From a virus, in IMG/VR virus record IMGVR_UViG_3300029309_000001, positions 32,001 through 96,000 of that record: a stretch of DNA of 64,000 nucleotides. One strand, written 5' to 3'. The notes beneath the pieces were generated by a model, which saw only the letters and a list, made by a program, of their open reading frames with translations, was not told the origin of the DNA and did not search any database. Below, in pieces: positions 20,321 through 31,800 of the stretch (positions within the stretch are counted from its first letter, which is position 1; each line of letters starts with the position of its first letter). The position numbers were made by a program, and so were the translations under genes.

Positions 20321-23300
20321 TTACCACCATCCTCCATTCCTTCTTTCTGCTAGTGCTGCTCTTAATTCACTACCATATTTAGCTTCAGTACCACAATTAG
20401 TACCTATCTCATCAGCCTTTGGAGTTACTCCATCAGGACAACAGCCATATTGTGTACTTCCACAACCTCCTGTTATTTCATCTGGTTTATTATTATTATT
20501 TACATTTCTATTATTATTTACATTTCTATTATCAACATTTATATTATTTCCTTGATAACCAGGAATGGTTTGGTTACCTTTAGGTTGATTTTGAGATTTA
20601 AACATATCATTAACAACTAAACGTGCATTATTCATACAAGCAATTCTTTCTGCTTCAGTACTTATATTACCACATCTTTGTTCAATATATTGATTTTCTA
20701 AAGCTATTCTTTTATCCATTTGTGATTGTGGATCTACTACATTATTTGCAAAGAAATCTTTAGGGTTTGTAATTTGTATATCTCCACCAAAACCTGGACG
20801 TACATTATAATTAGGAGTCATAGTATTTAAATTATAAGTATTAGATCTATTAGTTTCAGCATTAGCACGTGCATCTGCTATTTGTATTCTAAGTTGATTT
20901 TTAGCATTATCATAATTTTGATCTACCGTATTAACTTCATCCATATACTTTTTTAATGCATCTTGATTTAATACATCTACATTTGATGCTACTCCTGCAT
21001 TAAATTGTTGAGCTTGATTATAAATATCTACATTATCATTTTGAACTTTATCTAATGCTCCTGCTATTTGTTGACCTGCTGTTCCTTGTATTTTAGAAAG
21101 TACAGATGCTAATCCTTGACCACTAGTCATTTGCATAGCCATATCTCCAGCAATTTGAGCTTGTTCTGCTATTGCAGCAATTTCTCTTGTAGGATCTTTA
21201 TAAGCTGGATCCATAAAGTTACCTGTAAAAGATTGTCTACTTGGATAATATTTATTAAGATCTACATCAGATAATGCATCTAACTTCATTATATCTTGTT
21301 TCCAATATTCATTTGGTATAGGATCTGGCATTTTAAATTCTCCTTTTTCTATACATTGACAAACATCAGTATCATATCTACCACCTTTTGTTTCACAATC
21401 TACTTTAGCTTTTGCTTGATCAGGTTTTACTTGACCGTTTGCATCAAGATAACATGTTTCAACATTTCTTACTTTCTTTTCTCCTGGTGTATTATTTAAT
21501 TGCATTATTTGACTATTAAATGTATCACCATATTTACCATCTAAAGCAGACCATCTATCTTCTCCCATTAAACCTGATCCACCTTTATCACTTCCAAAAG
21601 CTTCTAAATTAACATTACCTAATAAATTTGACCAACTATCATCTCCATCAGCAGACATTTTTTCAGCATGTTTTTTTAATCCACCTAAACTACTAAATGT
21701 AGCTTGTTTATTTAACACCATATTCATAAGTTCATCTTTATCTGTAGGTAATGGTTCAAAGCCAGCATCAGGATATTTTTTCATTATTTCTTCATAGACT
21801 AATCTATACATACCATTAGGATCTCCATCGCTAAAACCTCCACCTCTTCTTGGCCTATCCCATGCATCATGTTGTTTAATATCATTACCAGTTACTGTTT
21901 GACCATTAGGTAAAGTAATTGTTATACCATCTAATGCTCCTGCTTCATGCATTAAATACTTAAACTTTTGATCAAGCATAAACATTTCTTCATATTCTTC
22001 TTGAGTCATTTCAGGTATTGCTTGAAGATTAGAATATTTATCACGTGCTTTTAAATAAGATTCATATCCAAATTTATTTACTTTGTCCCAATCTTCAGAA
22101 TTATATAAATCTAACATTTGATTATATCTATCCATACCATAAATTTTTTCTCCTCCTTCATCAAATGTTTGTAACTCTTCATAATCTACATATCTATTTT
22201 CAAAATCTTCTCCTCCATATAAAAATTCATTTAATTTATTATTATATAAACCTGCAGGAATCATATTACGTGAATCTGGTGAAGCTGCATTATATAATCC
22301 AGCAGCTACCATACCACCTTTTTGTGCATAGTCTGCTTGCGCATCTTCTTTATATCTTCCATCATACATAGGATCAGGTTTACCTTGTGATTTTTTAACT
22401 AATTGTTCTGCCAATGTAACTAATGATCCTTGATTAATTCCTTTGTTTATATCATTACCATAACTTATTTTTGGATACTTACTTGTAAAATCTTGTTGAT
22501 TAAAAGGTACCATATCTGATACTTCTTGTAATCTATCTGAAGGTAATTTTGAATTTACTTGCATACTTTCAGGAGATTCAAATTGAGCTTTATGCAATCC
22601 TCCACCAAGTTTAAAACCAGGTCCATATAGACTAGGAGTAACTGTTTGTCTATATATCATAGGAGGTGGGGGATTAAATTCACCTGTTGATGGATTATAA
22701 TTAACACCAAATAATTTATTATCAATAGGAGGTTGATACATACTATCTCTATTAATCACTCTTATTTGATTTGCTTCATTTAATGCTTGTTTAGTATCTT
22801 CTATTTCTTTTTGATAAGCATTTAACATACCAGCAACTTCTCCTCTATTTTGAGCTTTAGGTAATGATCCACCATACATTGCCATCATTTGTTGTGGTGC
22901 CATCATACCTTGTGGTGGCATTCCTCCTCCTTGTGGTGGAGCTTGTGGCATAGGTGGCATTCCTCCTGCCATAGGTGGTCCTTGTGATGGAGGACCTCCT
23001 TGGCCACCTGTAAAGTTTTGTAATGATAATATTTGTTTTTGTTCTTCAGGTGGTAACTGATCTATCATTTGCATCATAGCTTGTTCTTCATTAAGTTTAT
23101 TTACTTTTTGAACAAACTGCATTGGATCTATTTTTTTAGACATTAAAAATGGATAAGCTGCTAAAGGCACACCATCTTCAAATTTCTTTTTACTTTCTGA
23201 TACAAATGCTAATTCAGATAATTTCATTTTATTTTTTTCTAACATTAACTCTGCACTTCTTGTAGTTATATCATCTACAAATTCATCATTTAAAGCTGAA

Positions 23301-23692
23301 TAGTATTTGTTTAATGGAAATTTTTTAGATACAGCAGCAGGAGTCATTTTCTTTTTAGAATTAATATTAAATCTAGTAAGCTGATCTTTATTAAGTTTCA
23401 TTTTAGCAGTATCTGAAAAAATAAATGATTGAGGAGGTAAACTTAATGCAGTTCCACCTTGTGGATGTCTTTTACCACCAATGTTATACAGCTCAAAGTT
23501 ACCATCATTAGTTAAATCAGTTAATGCTGTCTCACCTTTTTCTGCTTCTAAATTAGCAAAGGATCTTGGTATAGGTCCTAATGAATTACCATAAGGTGCT
23601 CCACCTGTAGCCATAACTTTTACAATTTTACCATTTTTAAATTTATATCCGTTTGGTAAATTTCCTATTTTTACTTTTACTTTTTTTCCCAT
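20321..23692 (-). CDS. Virion cargo protein (crAss cargo-1-like N-terminus) with GG motifs, Q/M/P-rich linker and C-terminal Cys-rich module
   Basis: 1123 aa. N-terminal ANLEAEKGET...GGKRHPQGGT...FIFSD resembles crAss-like cargo proteins. Contains MYGGSLPKAQ, KLGGGLHKAQ and C-terminal CGSTQYGCCPDGVTPKA. Confidence 0.6.
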   Translation of the reverse strand: MGKKVKVKIGNLPNGYKFKNGKIVKVMATGGAPYGNSLGPIPRSFANLEAEKGETALTDLTNDGNFELYNIGGKRHPQGGTALSLPPQSFIFSDTAKMKLNKDQLTRFNINSKKKMTPAAVSKKFPLNKYYSALNDEFVDDITTRSAELMLEKNKMKLSELAFVSESKKKFEDGVPLAAYPFLMSKKIDPMQFVQKVNKLNEEQAMMQMIDQLPPEEQKQILSLQNFTGGQGGPPSQGPPMAGGMPPMPQAPPQGGGMPPQGMMAPQQMMAMYGGSLPKAQNRGEVAGMLNAYQKEIEDTKQALNEANQIRVINRDSMYQPPIDNKLFGVNYNPSTGEFNPPPPMIYRQTVTPSLYGPGFKLGGGLHKAQFESPESMQVNSKLPSDRLQEVSDMVPFNQQDFTSKYPKISYGNDINKGINQGSLVTLAEQLVKKSQGKPDPMYDGRYKEDAQADYAQKGGMVAAGLYNAASPDSRNMIPAGLYNNKLNEFLYGGEDFENRYVDYEELQTFDEGGEKIYGMDRYNQMLDLYNSEDWDKVNKFGYESYLKARDKYSNLQAIPEMTQEEYEEMFMLDQKFKYLMHEAGALDGITITLPNGQTVTGNDIKQHDAWDRPRRGGGFSDGDPNGMYRLVYEEIMKKYPDAGFEPLPTDKDELMNMVLNKQATFSSLGGLKKHAEKMSADGDDSWSNLLGNVNLEAFGSDKGGSGLMGEDRWSALDGKYGDTFNSQIMQLNNTPGEKKVRNVETCYLDANGQVKPDQAKAKVDCETKGGRYDTDVCQCIEKGEFKMPDPIPNEYWKQDIMKLDALSDVDLNKYYPSRQSFTGNFMDPAYKDPTREIAAIAEQAQIAGDMAMQMTSGQGLASVLSKIQGTAGQQIAGALDKVQNDNVDIYNQAQQFNAGVASNVDVLNQDALKKYMDEVNTVDQNYDNAKNQLRIQIADARANAETNRSNTYNLNTMTPNYNVRPGFGGDIQITNPKDFFANNVVDPQSQMDKRIALENQYIEQRCGNISTEAERIACMNNARLVVNDMFKSQNQPKGNQTIPGYQGNNINVDNRNVNNNRNVNNNNKPDEITGGCGSTQYGCCPDGVTPKADEIGTNCGTEAKYGSELRAALAERRNGGWW
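22880..23010 (-). repeat. Low-complexity G/P/Q/M coding repeat
   Basis: Encodes GGQGGPPSQGPPMAGGMPPMPQAPPQGGGMPPQGMMAPQQMM, with repeated ggtggcat/tgtggtgg units in the DNA. Confidence 0.7.
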
Positions 23693-23694
23693 AA

Positions 23695-26600
23695 TTATAT
23701 AATTTCTATGTCTGCTCCTGCAGCTAATAATTCATAATACATATCTGTATCAATACTTACTGTTTTTTCTTTTTGTTCACCACCATCTTTAAAGAAGAAT
23801 CCTAAACCTCCTGAATACTCCCAATTACTTGTTGAAGGATTATAAGTAACACCTGCATTTAATAATCCATATCTTGCTTCTGCTCCTATTTTTAATCCGT
23901 CATTGCTTTTATAATCTGCAAATAAATCTAATTGACCTTGAGGAACATAATCATGTTTATCTTTATACATAAATCCAAGACCAGATTTATAAATTGTTTG
24001 AGGAACTGGTGTTTTAAATTGTAAACCTGCTCTTCCACCATAATAAGGACTAACCATTTCTTGATCATTAAAGTCAATACCACCATATCCTTCTAGCATT
24101 ATACCAGCAGGTCCTGAAGTAGGTAACCCATAAAAATCTTGATCAAGTCTTAATCTAGCTCCTATGTCACCTTTAGCTGTCAGTTTAGTAAAAGGATTTC
24201 CTTCATTATCCATTTCTGTAGTTTCAAAAGGGCTAAAGTTAGTATAAACACCTCTTTTAAATCTACCACCTCCTGCATCTCTGCAACTACCACCCCAACA
24301 ATTTACCATATCTGCTCCAAAAAATAAATTTAACGGATGCTCACCACTTTGATATTCAACACCAAATCTTGGATTTGTTAATCTTGTTCCTCTAAAACCA
24401 TATTGAGCATTAGGTAATTCACTACCATATTGACTAAAACCATCTTGTCTTGAAATTACTTTACTATCTGTAAACATAAGTCCTGTGTTTTCATCTTCTT
24501 CTCCTCTAGATAATGTATCAGCTGCCATTACATTGTATGCATCATCTGAAGATCTAGTAGCTAAATTATAAGCTTGTTCTTTTCCTTCATTTATTTGATC
24601 AAATATTTTATTACCAATACCTGCTGCTTCTTTTAAAAACTTTGCACCTTTTTCAAAACCTTGAACTACTTTACTATCTCTAACATAGTTAAGTTTATTT
24701 CTCATTCTTTCTCCAAAAGTATCACCCCATCTATCTCTTCTGTCTTGTCTTCTTTGTTTTCTTAAAGCTTTTTCTTCTTCTTTTGCTGCTTGCATATCTT
24801 CATAAGATTCAAAACCTGCTTCTATAGCTTTATCTTCTCTTCTTTTATCTCTACGTACACCTCTAAGTTGTCTTCTACTTAAAGTATTACCATCTCCTTC
24901 AAATGCAAAATCATCAGTAACATCAAACTCTGGTGTAACATTTGCTTGATCAACAAACATATCTTGTTCTGTATTAAATACATCACCATAGGATCTATTG
25001 ATAGAACCTTCTTTTGGTTTAAATGTATTCATATCTATATCTCTTCTTCTAACATCATATGTATTAGCTGCAGATTTTTTCATTCCTTGATTAACTGCAT
25101 TAGCTGTAAACATATCACCTACATTACGGTTTATTGTACCAGTCTCATCTGAAAATGCATCACCTACTACATTAAATTGATCTGAATCAGGAGTGTTAAA
25201 TCCTTGATTTTCTTCTGTTGCATCTACCCATTGACCTCCTTGCCATACATCACCATATGAACTAATAGCTCCTTCTTTAGGCATACCAGCTTCATAATCA
25301 AATTGTTCTGGATTTACCATATACATTGCTGCTGCATCTTGTGCACCATTTTGTGCTTTATATAATGATCCACCAGTTTGTTTAAAATTACTAAATGCAT
25401 TATAATTTATACTAGGTGTAGTGGTTAATCTTTGTGGTGCATATAATGGATTTACAATTGCACTTGAAAAATCTTTATTTCTATAGTTTTTTAACATATC
25501 TAATTGTGTTGTTTGTTTGCTAAAAGGATTAACATTAAATAATGGTGTTTTAAAATTATCTGCTTGATTTAAACGAGTATTAATTAAATTAACACCTTTT
25601 TGATTTAATGCAGGAAAAGTTTTATTAAGTGTTTTTAATTGATTAAAGTTTTTAGGTAATACATTAACAAGACCTGTGTTACCTACACCACTTAACTCAA
25701 GAGCACCAAGTGCTAAATTACCAAAACCTTCACCAGTTCTACCTTCAGAAAAATCTGTATAAGCTTCAGGTAATGTATTTCTTAAAGCTTCTTGTGACCA
25801 ATATGCATTATTTAATTGACCAAATGTTACTGGTGCTCCTATAGTTGAACTACCTGGTACAGTTACACGTGCAAGTTTATTTGCAAGACCAAGACCTCCT
25901 CTAACTACACCTACACCACCAACTAAAGCAGGAATGTAACCCATTAAACTATTCATTTCATAATCAACTGGACCTTGATCAACAAACATTGGGTTTAATA
26001 AATTTTCGTTATCACCTATACTTAAAAACTCATTGCCTGTATTATAACCTATAGTAGGTCCACCATAACCTCCTTTTGATCCTTTAAAATATGGATTAAG
26101 ACTAGTTAAAACTGCATCTTCATAATTGTCTGGTGTTATTGTTTGATAATCTGATTTATAATTAGCTACAATTTGATTCCTAAAATCTTCATAAGACATA
26201 GGTTCTCCTTCTTTAAGAACTCCATCATTTTGATTTAATATAGGTTTAGCTTTTACAATAGTTCCACCACTTAAATCACTATTATTAATTCTTTTAATAT
26301 TACCATCTGCTGTCCATTGTTCTCCTGAAGCTAAGTTAGGATAATTTACACCAGGTGTACCAATTTGAGGTTTATAATCTCTTACTAATTCTTCATAGTC
26401 TTTAGCTATTATATTTTCATATAATGAAGATCTATTAGCATCATAAAAAGTATTTTCTAAATTTAAATTATTTTCATCACCCATTTCAGCATCTTTTCCA
26501 AAATTATATATGCTAGTTAAAGGTTCTCCATTTACAGTAAGTTTGCTTACATCTTGTAAATTTAAATTATATTGATTAGCAAAATTTATAACATCTTTTA

Positions 26601-28767
26601 AGTTAGAAAAATTTCCTGTTCTTACTTCTTTTTGTTCTACAGTTTCATTTCTATATGGATATACTTGTCCTTCATTATCAACAGTCCAAAATACATTTGG
26701 TGTTGTTTCATACTGTAAAAATGGATCTCTTGATAAATTCCATTCTTGTGCTTGTTTATTTAAATTATATAATTGTGTTCTTCCTTCTCTTGTTGAAGGG
26801 TTAGGAAAATTTGGAAAGTCTCTTATAATGTTTGAATAAAGATTAAATTCATCAGCTTGTGGCCATGTAGATTTATCTTTAATATTTATACTTCCAGCTC
26901 TATAATTAGAATTTCTAGCATCTCCATATCCTGCTCCAAGAGCAAGTAAATCTTCTTGCATTTTTAACCACAATTCTAATTGTTGATCTGTCCAATCAGG
27001 AATTTCACTTTTATTTTGAAAATGCATTAGATCACCACCATCACGTAAAAATGAAAAAGTAGGGATAGAACCACCGTATTTTAAATCAGGATCAAATTCC
27101 ATATCATCAAGATTAGCATCTTCAGGTACACTTTCATTATTTTTTTCTTGTGATGTAGGTTCATTACATTTACAATTTGCTGCATCCCAATCTCCAGGTG
27201 GTGTTAGCTGTGCACATTTTTCCTGTAACTCAAAACAATCATTTGCAGTTTGTTGAGAACTTTTTTCATAAGTTATGTTAGTAGGATTTTCTGCATCAAA
27301 AGGAATATACTTATATTTTTTTTGTCCTCTTTCATCAACACCATCAAATACATAAGAACCTTGTATGCCTGTATTATCTTCATTATGAACAAGCATAACA
27401 GCATCAGGTACATATTCTGTTTCAATCATATCACCTAATAGCTTATCTCCTTGATAAGTTATATTACCATCCATATCCATACTAGATATTTGATATAAAT
27501 CAGGATACGCAGCAGTTCTATTGTTAACATATTGATTATACTCATTCATTCTTTTCTCTTCGTATGTTATGAGTTTATCTGGTTGTGTTGGATCAAAGAA
27601 TCTAGTTTCATCAAATGGATTTGTTATTTTAAATTGTTGATAATTTTCTTTACCCCATCTATTATTACCTGCACTTGGAAATGCAAGCTTTGCCATTTGA
27701 TTTATTTCTTTTTTAGAGGCATCAGGATTTTGTTCTCTTAAAACCTTTTTAAAATTTCTAAATTCTTTTTTAGTTATTTTATTTGGATCAACATCAAAGT
27801 TTTGAAAATCTTTAATTCCACTTTGAAATAAATTTACTATATCACTTAATATGTTAGTATCTTCTCCTGCATTATACATCATAAAAGGTTTAGTATCTAC
27901 TTTATTAGATCTATCACGTCTTCTTTTACCACGTTTAGTTTGCCAATCTGCAAATTTATTTAATATTTGATTTTCTTGATTATTTTTTGCATCAAATATA
28001 TCTGTATTATTATCTAATCCTTCACATACTCCTGTTAAAGAATTATAATTTCCACCTTTTGCAGCACACTCATCTGCTTTTGCAACCTCTGACTCAACTT
28101 CATTTATTATATCTTCTTCACTTTTATTGTTATCTTCAGCTCCTGGATAATTAGTTTCTGCATCTTCCATTCCTTCAACATCATCATTATCTCCATCATC
28201 TTGGAATTTTTTTAAAGATCCTCCATATTCAAATGTAGGCATTTGTTGTTGAGGTATTATAGCTTGTTGAGGTTGCATAGATTGTTCTGGTGCTTGTTGT
28301 TGCATAACCATTTCTTCTTGTGGTGCAACAGCTGGTTCATTTAAACCAGGCATTTGTAAACCTTCTTGTATTTGTTCTACAGTTTCTTTTGATTCTTCAT
28401 AATCAGAAACACTTTGATTTTGTTTACTATAAGAACTGTCATTATTTTTTAATGGTCCCCCTTTTTCATAACTATCACAAACATTTTGTTCAGTGCATTT
28501 AAAATCATTACTCCAGCAATATCCAATATTACCTGACTTATCATTTATACACTTTTTCATTCTATTTGATATGTCAAAAAATATACAAATACCACATTTA
28601 TCTTCTGAACTTGCTTTACCATAATTAAATCTAGAAATAGCTCTTTCTCTATTATCTAAATTTAAATCTTGATCAATAGTAGCATCAGGACATGGCGTAA
28701 CTTGTTGAGTATCACCACCTTCTTGATAAACTTCTAAAGTTTGTATGTTAGGGTATTTTTTTGCCAT
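23695..28767 (-). CDS. Modular virion cargo protein: N-terminal Cys cluster, GG-delimited modules, C-terminal beta-barrel-like module
   Basis: 1690 aa. Motifs YQEGG, EYGGSLKKFQ, KYGGSI, RDGGDL, QTGGSLYKAQ, QYGSELPNAQ and FKDGG. The last module has alternating beta-strands ending YSGGLGFFF. Confidence 0.6.
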   Translation of the reverse strand: MAKKYPNIQTLEVYQEGGDTQQVTPCPDATIDQDLNLDNRERAISRFNYGKASSEDKCGICIFFDISNRMKKCINDKSGNIGYCWSNDFKCTEQNVCDSYEKGGPLKNNDSSYSKQNQSVSDYEESKETVEQIQEGLQMPGLNEPAVAPQEEMVMQQQAPEQSMQPQQAIIPQQQMPTFEYGGSLKKFQDDGDNDDVEGMEDAETNYPGAEDNNKSEEDIINEVESEVAKADECAAKGGNYNSLTGVCEGLDNNTDIFDAKNNQENQILNKFADWQTKRGKRRRDRSNKVDTKPFMMYNAGEDTNILSDIVNLFQSGIKDFQNFDVDPNKITKKEFRNFKKVLREQNPDASKKEINQMAKLAFPSAGNNRWGKENYQQFKITNPFDETRFFDPTQPDKLITYEEKRMNEYNQYVNNRTAAYPDLYQISSMDMDGNITYQGDKLLGDMIETEYVPDAVMLVHNEDNTGIQGSYVFDGVDERGQKKYKYIPFDAENPTNITYEKSSQQTANDCFELQEKCAQLTPPGDWDAANCKCNEPTSQEKNNESVPEDANLDDMEFDPDLKYGGSIPTFSFLRDGGDLMHFQNKSEIPDWTDQQLELWLKMQEDLLALGAGYGDARNSNYRAGSINIKDKSTWPQADEFNLYSNIIRDFPNFPNPSTREGRTQLYNLNKQAQEWNLSRDPFLQYETTPNVFWTVDNEGQVYPYRNETVEQKEVRTGNFSNLKDVINFANQYNLNLQDVSKLTVNGEPLTSIYNFGKDAEMGDENNLNLENTFYDANRSSLYENIIAKDYEELVRDYKPQIGTPGVNYPNLASGEQWTADGNIKRINNSDLSGGTIVKAKPILNQNDGVLKEGEPMSYEDFRNQIVANYKSDYQTITPDNYEDAVLTSLNPYFKGSKGGYGGPTIGYNTGNEFLSIGDNENLLNPMFVDQGPVDYEMNSLMGYIPALVGGVGVVRGGLGLANKLARVTVPGSSTIGAPVTFGQLNNAYWSQEALRNTLPEAYTDFSEGRTGEGFGNLALGALELSGVGNTGLVNVLPKNFNQLKTLNKTFPALNQKGVNLINTRLNQADNFKTPLFNVNPFSKQTTQLDMLKNYRNKDFSSAIVNPLYAPQRLTTTPSINYNAFSNFKQTGGSLYKAQNGAQDAAAMYMVNPEQFDYEAGMPKEGAISSYGDVWQGGQWVDATEENQGFNTPDSDQFNVVGDAFSDETGTINRNVGDMFTANAVNQGMKKSAANTYDVRRRDIDMNTFKPKEGSINRSYGDVFNTEQDMFVDQANVTPEFDVTDDFAFEGDGNTLSRRQLRGVRRDKRREDKAIEAGFESYEDMQAAKEEEKALRKQRRQDRRDRWGDTFGERMRNKLNYVRDSKVVQGFEKGAKFLKEAAGIGNKIFDQINEGKEQAYNLATRSSDDAYNVMAADTLSRGEEDENTGLMFTDSKVISRQDGFSQYGSELPNAQYGFRGTRLTNPRFGVEYQSGEHPLNLFFGADMVNCWGGSCRDAGGGRFKRGVYTNFSPFETTEMDNEGNPFTKLTAKGDIGARLRLDQDFYGLPTSGPAGIMLEGYGGIDFNDQEMVSPYYGGRAGLQFKTPVPQTIYKSGLGFMYKDKHDYVPQGQLDLFADYKSNDGLKIGAEARYGLLNAGVTYNPSTSNWEYSGGLGFFFKDGGEQKEKTVSIDTDMYYELLAAGADIEII

Positions 28768-28803
28768 TTACTTAATTAATTAATTATAAGCAGTATACAT
28801 TTA

Positions 28804-28815
28804 TAATATACTAAA
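28804..28815 (-). promoter_or_regulatory. Phage promoter-like motif (variant TTTAGTATATTA)
   Basis: Intergenic. Minus strand TTTAGTATATTATAAATGTATA has one mismatch to the repeated TTTTGTATATTA motif. Confidence 0.55.
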
Positions 28816-28846
28816 TAATTAGCACATTTTCTAATTATATTACTGC

Positions 28847-31800
28847 TTATATCATACCTAAAGACTTTAAATGTTTAGTTCCTGCAGGTGTAAGTTTATC
28901 TCCATTTTCATATTTTTTAATAAGTCTATCTGTTACTTTATCAACTTCACCTCCCATTTGCTTTTTAGTTATTCCTTCATTAAATTTTTCTATATATTCT
29001 TGAGGAGTTTTATTAGCTTGTCCTGCATTAACTCCATATTTATCTGGAAATACAGATTCTAAACTATTACCATCTCTAAGTACATAACCTAAATATTCAC
29101 GTGTTCCTTGTCTTCCTAAAAAGTTTACTAATGCTGCAACTTCTGTTGTAGTATATGGAAAACTAGGTATTTGTTTGCTATAAATTTTATATAAATCTAT
29201 ACCACTTTCTCTTAGACCTTTTACACCTTCTAACTTACCTCTATATCTATTTTCAAAATATTTATTCTGTGCTTCTATATCATTAGCAAAATCTTGTCTA
29301 CTTCCATCATACATTGTAGAAATTTCACTAAACCTTTGTCCATATAAACCTGTAGCAGTTGATTCTGGATTAATCATTAGTTCACCATTAAGACTTTCTG
29401 CATAAGCAACTCCTTGTTTTAATTTTTCAAAATCAACCCAATTTGCATCTAATTCACTTGGTGGTATTAATTCTTTAGTATCTGGATGATAATATATTCT
29501 TCCATATATATCAAATGGTTTTCCTACAATACTTTCTCCTTCAATATTAAAACCTAAACCTGTTGGTATATCAAAATCATATTCATCATAATAAGCATAA
29601 TAAGGAAGCTCTCTTTCATCATCCATACCTCTTGATATTTGATAATTACTAAGATTAAAACCTCCTGCTGCAGAATCATTTATTTGCCATTTATCTTTTG
29701 ATGCATCTTTTGTAATACCCCTTTCTATTATGTCATCCATAATATCATCAACATTATTAAAAGAATAATAAACAGACTTATCATCTTCTACTCCTAATGT
29801 AGGTTTAAATTTAGATTTAGAAACTGTATTATGTTTTTGATCAAAACCTAAATACATACCCCATAAATCTTCTGAAGCATTTTTAATATATTCTCCAGCA
29901 TTAGGATTATCTTTAAATCTAGGATGATTTTGAAAATCATCAAATGATGTTTCTACACCATCCCACATAAAAGGTTGTTTTTCTCCATAAAGCATTTCTA
30001 CCATTGCTTGATCCATATTATAACCTATAGGTGTTACAGATTTATATAATCTATTTGCTAACCATCCAGGATTATTTTGACCTTGCATTTGAAACTTAGG
30101 TAATCTTTTATTATATTTATCTTTTATTGATCCACCTGTCTTTTTTTCTTCTAAATTATTTAACTCTAAACCTTCTAACGTAGCTGCTGTTATAGGTACA
30201 CCAGTTAACATTTTATTTAAAAGATTTGCAATAAGTTTATTATTTTGTTTAGTATCTTTTGTTTGATCTAATATTCTCATAACATATCCATCATAATCTG
30301 TACCAGGTAGTAATTTAGCATTATCAGCACGTACCTTAGAAATTAAATCTCCTGTTATATTATCATAAGCATCTGATATATATTTATTATCTAATAGATA
30401 TTGTTGTAACTCTGCAACATGAGCAGTAGGCTCTATATACAAAGTTCCTGGTGATTCAAAAGATGGTGAATTAGTTTTTTTTGGAGTAACTGTTTTTATT
30501 GGTTCGGTCATATAATCTTGAGTTTCTTTATTTCTTACTCCAAAACCTTTATCTGCATTACCCCATAGTGAATAACCATCATCAATTAACATTTGATTTT
30601 TTAATAATGCAGATGATGTAAGACCACCATCATCAACAAATTTTAAATTTGGTGAAAACCAATTAGTATTTGCAGCTCCTAATCTTTGATCAAATATTTT
30701 TGTTGCATCATCTGTTATAGGTATAGTAGTAGATCCAAAACCAAAAACATTTTTTTCAGTATTGCCAGAATTTCTTATTAATTTTCCTACATAGTCCAGT
30801 GCATGTTGATCTTCATGTCTAAAAATATTTCTTAACCAATTTTCTGGCAATGCATTTGTATTCATACTTACAAAAGGTAATATACCTTTTTCTAATTGAT
30901 TATAGTTTTCACCTGAAAAGAAATACGGACTATCATCTGGACCATATGAATTAAAATTATTTATAATAGGTATTTGTTTATATGTTGCAATAAATTTATC
31001 TACATCTGTATCACTTGCATTTGGACCTAAATAATTTTCTTTTATTCTTCTACGTCCTTCTGTAGTATTCATTCTTTCAAGAATATCATTTCTTATATTT
31101 AAATAAGATGTATTTCCTGTTAAACTTTTAGACATATCTTTAACGTCCATTGAATGACTACCTGCACCTAATACTGGTTTACCCATTTGAAGTGTACTTA
31201 TATATTCAGGATTATATATAAGACTTTTTAAATCTAATGGTTGAACCATAGAAAAATCTTCAAATAAACTTGTTGTTGGTGTTCCTACCTCTCCTGTTCC
31301 ATAAAGATCTTCAAATGCATTATAATTAACATTTCCCCTAGCTTCTCTACCTATTGCTTCATTATGTATTCTTATTAAATCATCATCTAGATCATCTTTA
31401 AAAAATGCTAAATCTTTTTTACTTTGATCAACTATATCTGTAAAAGTATTACCTGTTAAACCATGATAATTTTGAAAGTATCCTGGTTGTGCATTATAAT
31501 AATCTTTTCCAACATTTGATATATTTTTTGATGTGCCACCTAACCAAGTTGGTAAATAACTACGAAGATAATCTTTTGTATCTTTTACTGTTTGTATTGT
31601 TTTTTTTATTTTTGCAGGATTAAACAAATCTTTATATTGTGCTTTTGGTAATGAACCACCAAGTTTATATAAATCTTTTCCTTTAATAGGTATTATTCCT
31701 GGAGATTCTATATCTAAATTATATTTAGATAAATAACTATCAGGCACTTTAACTCTTATATATTGATTTCCTTTTTGATCAGTAATAATTTCATAAGGAT

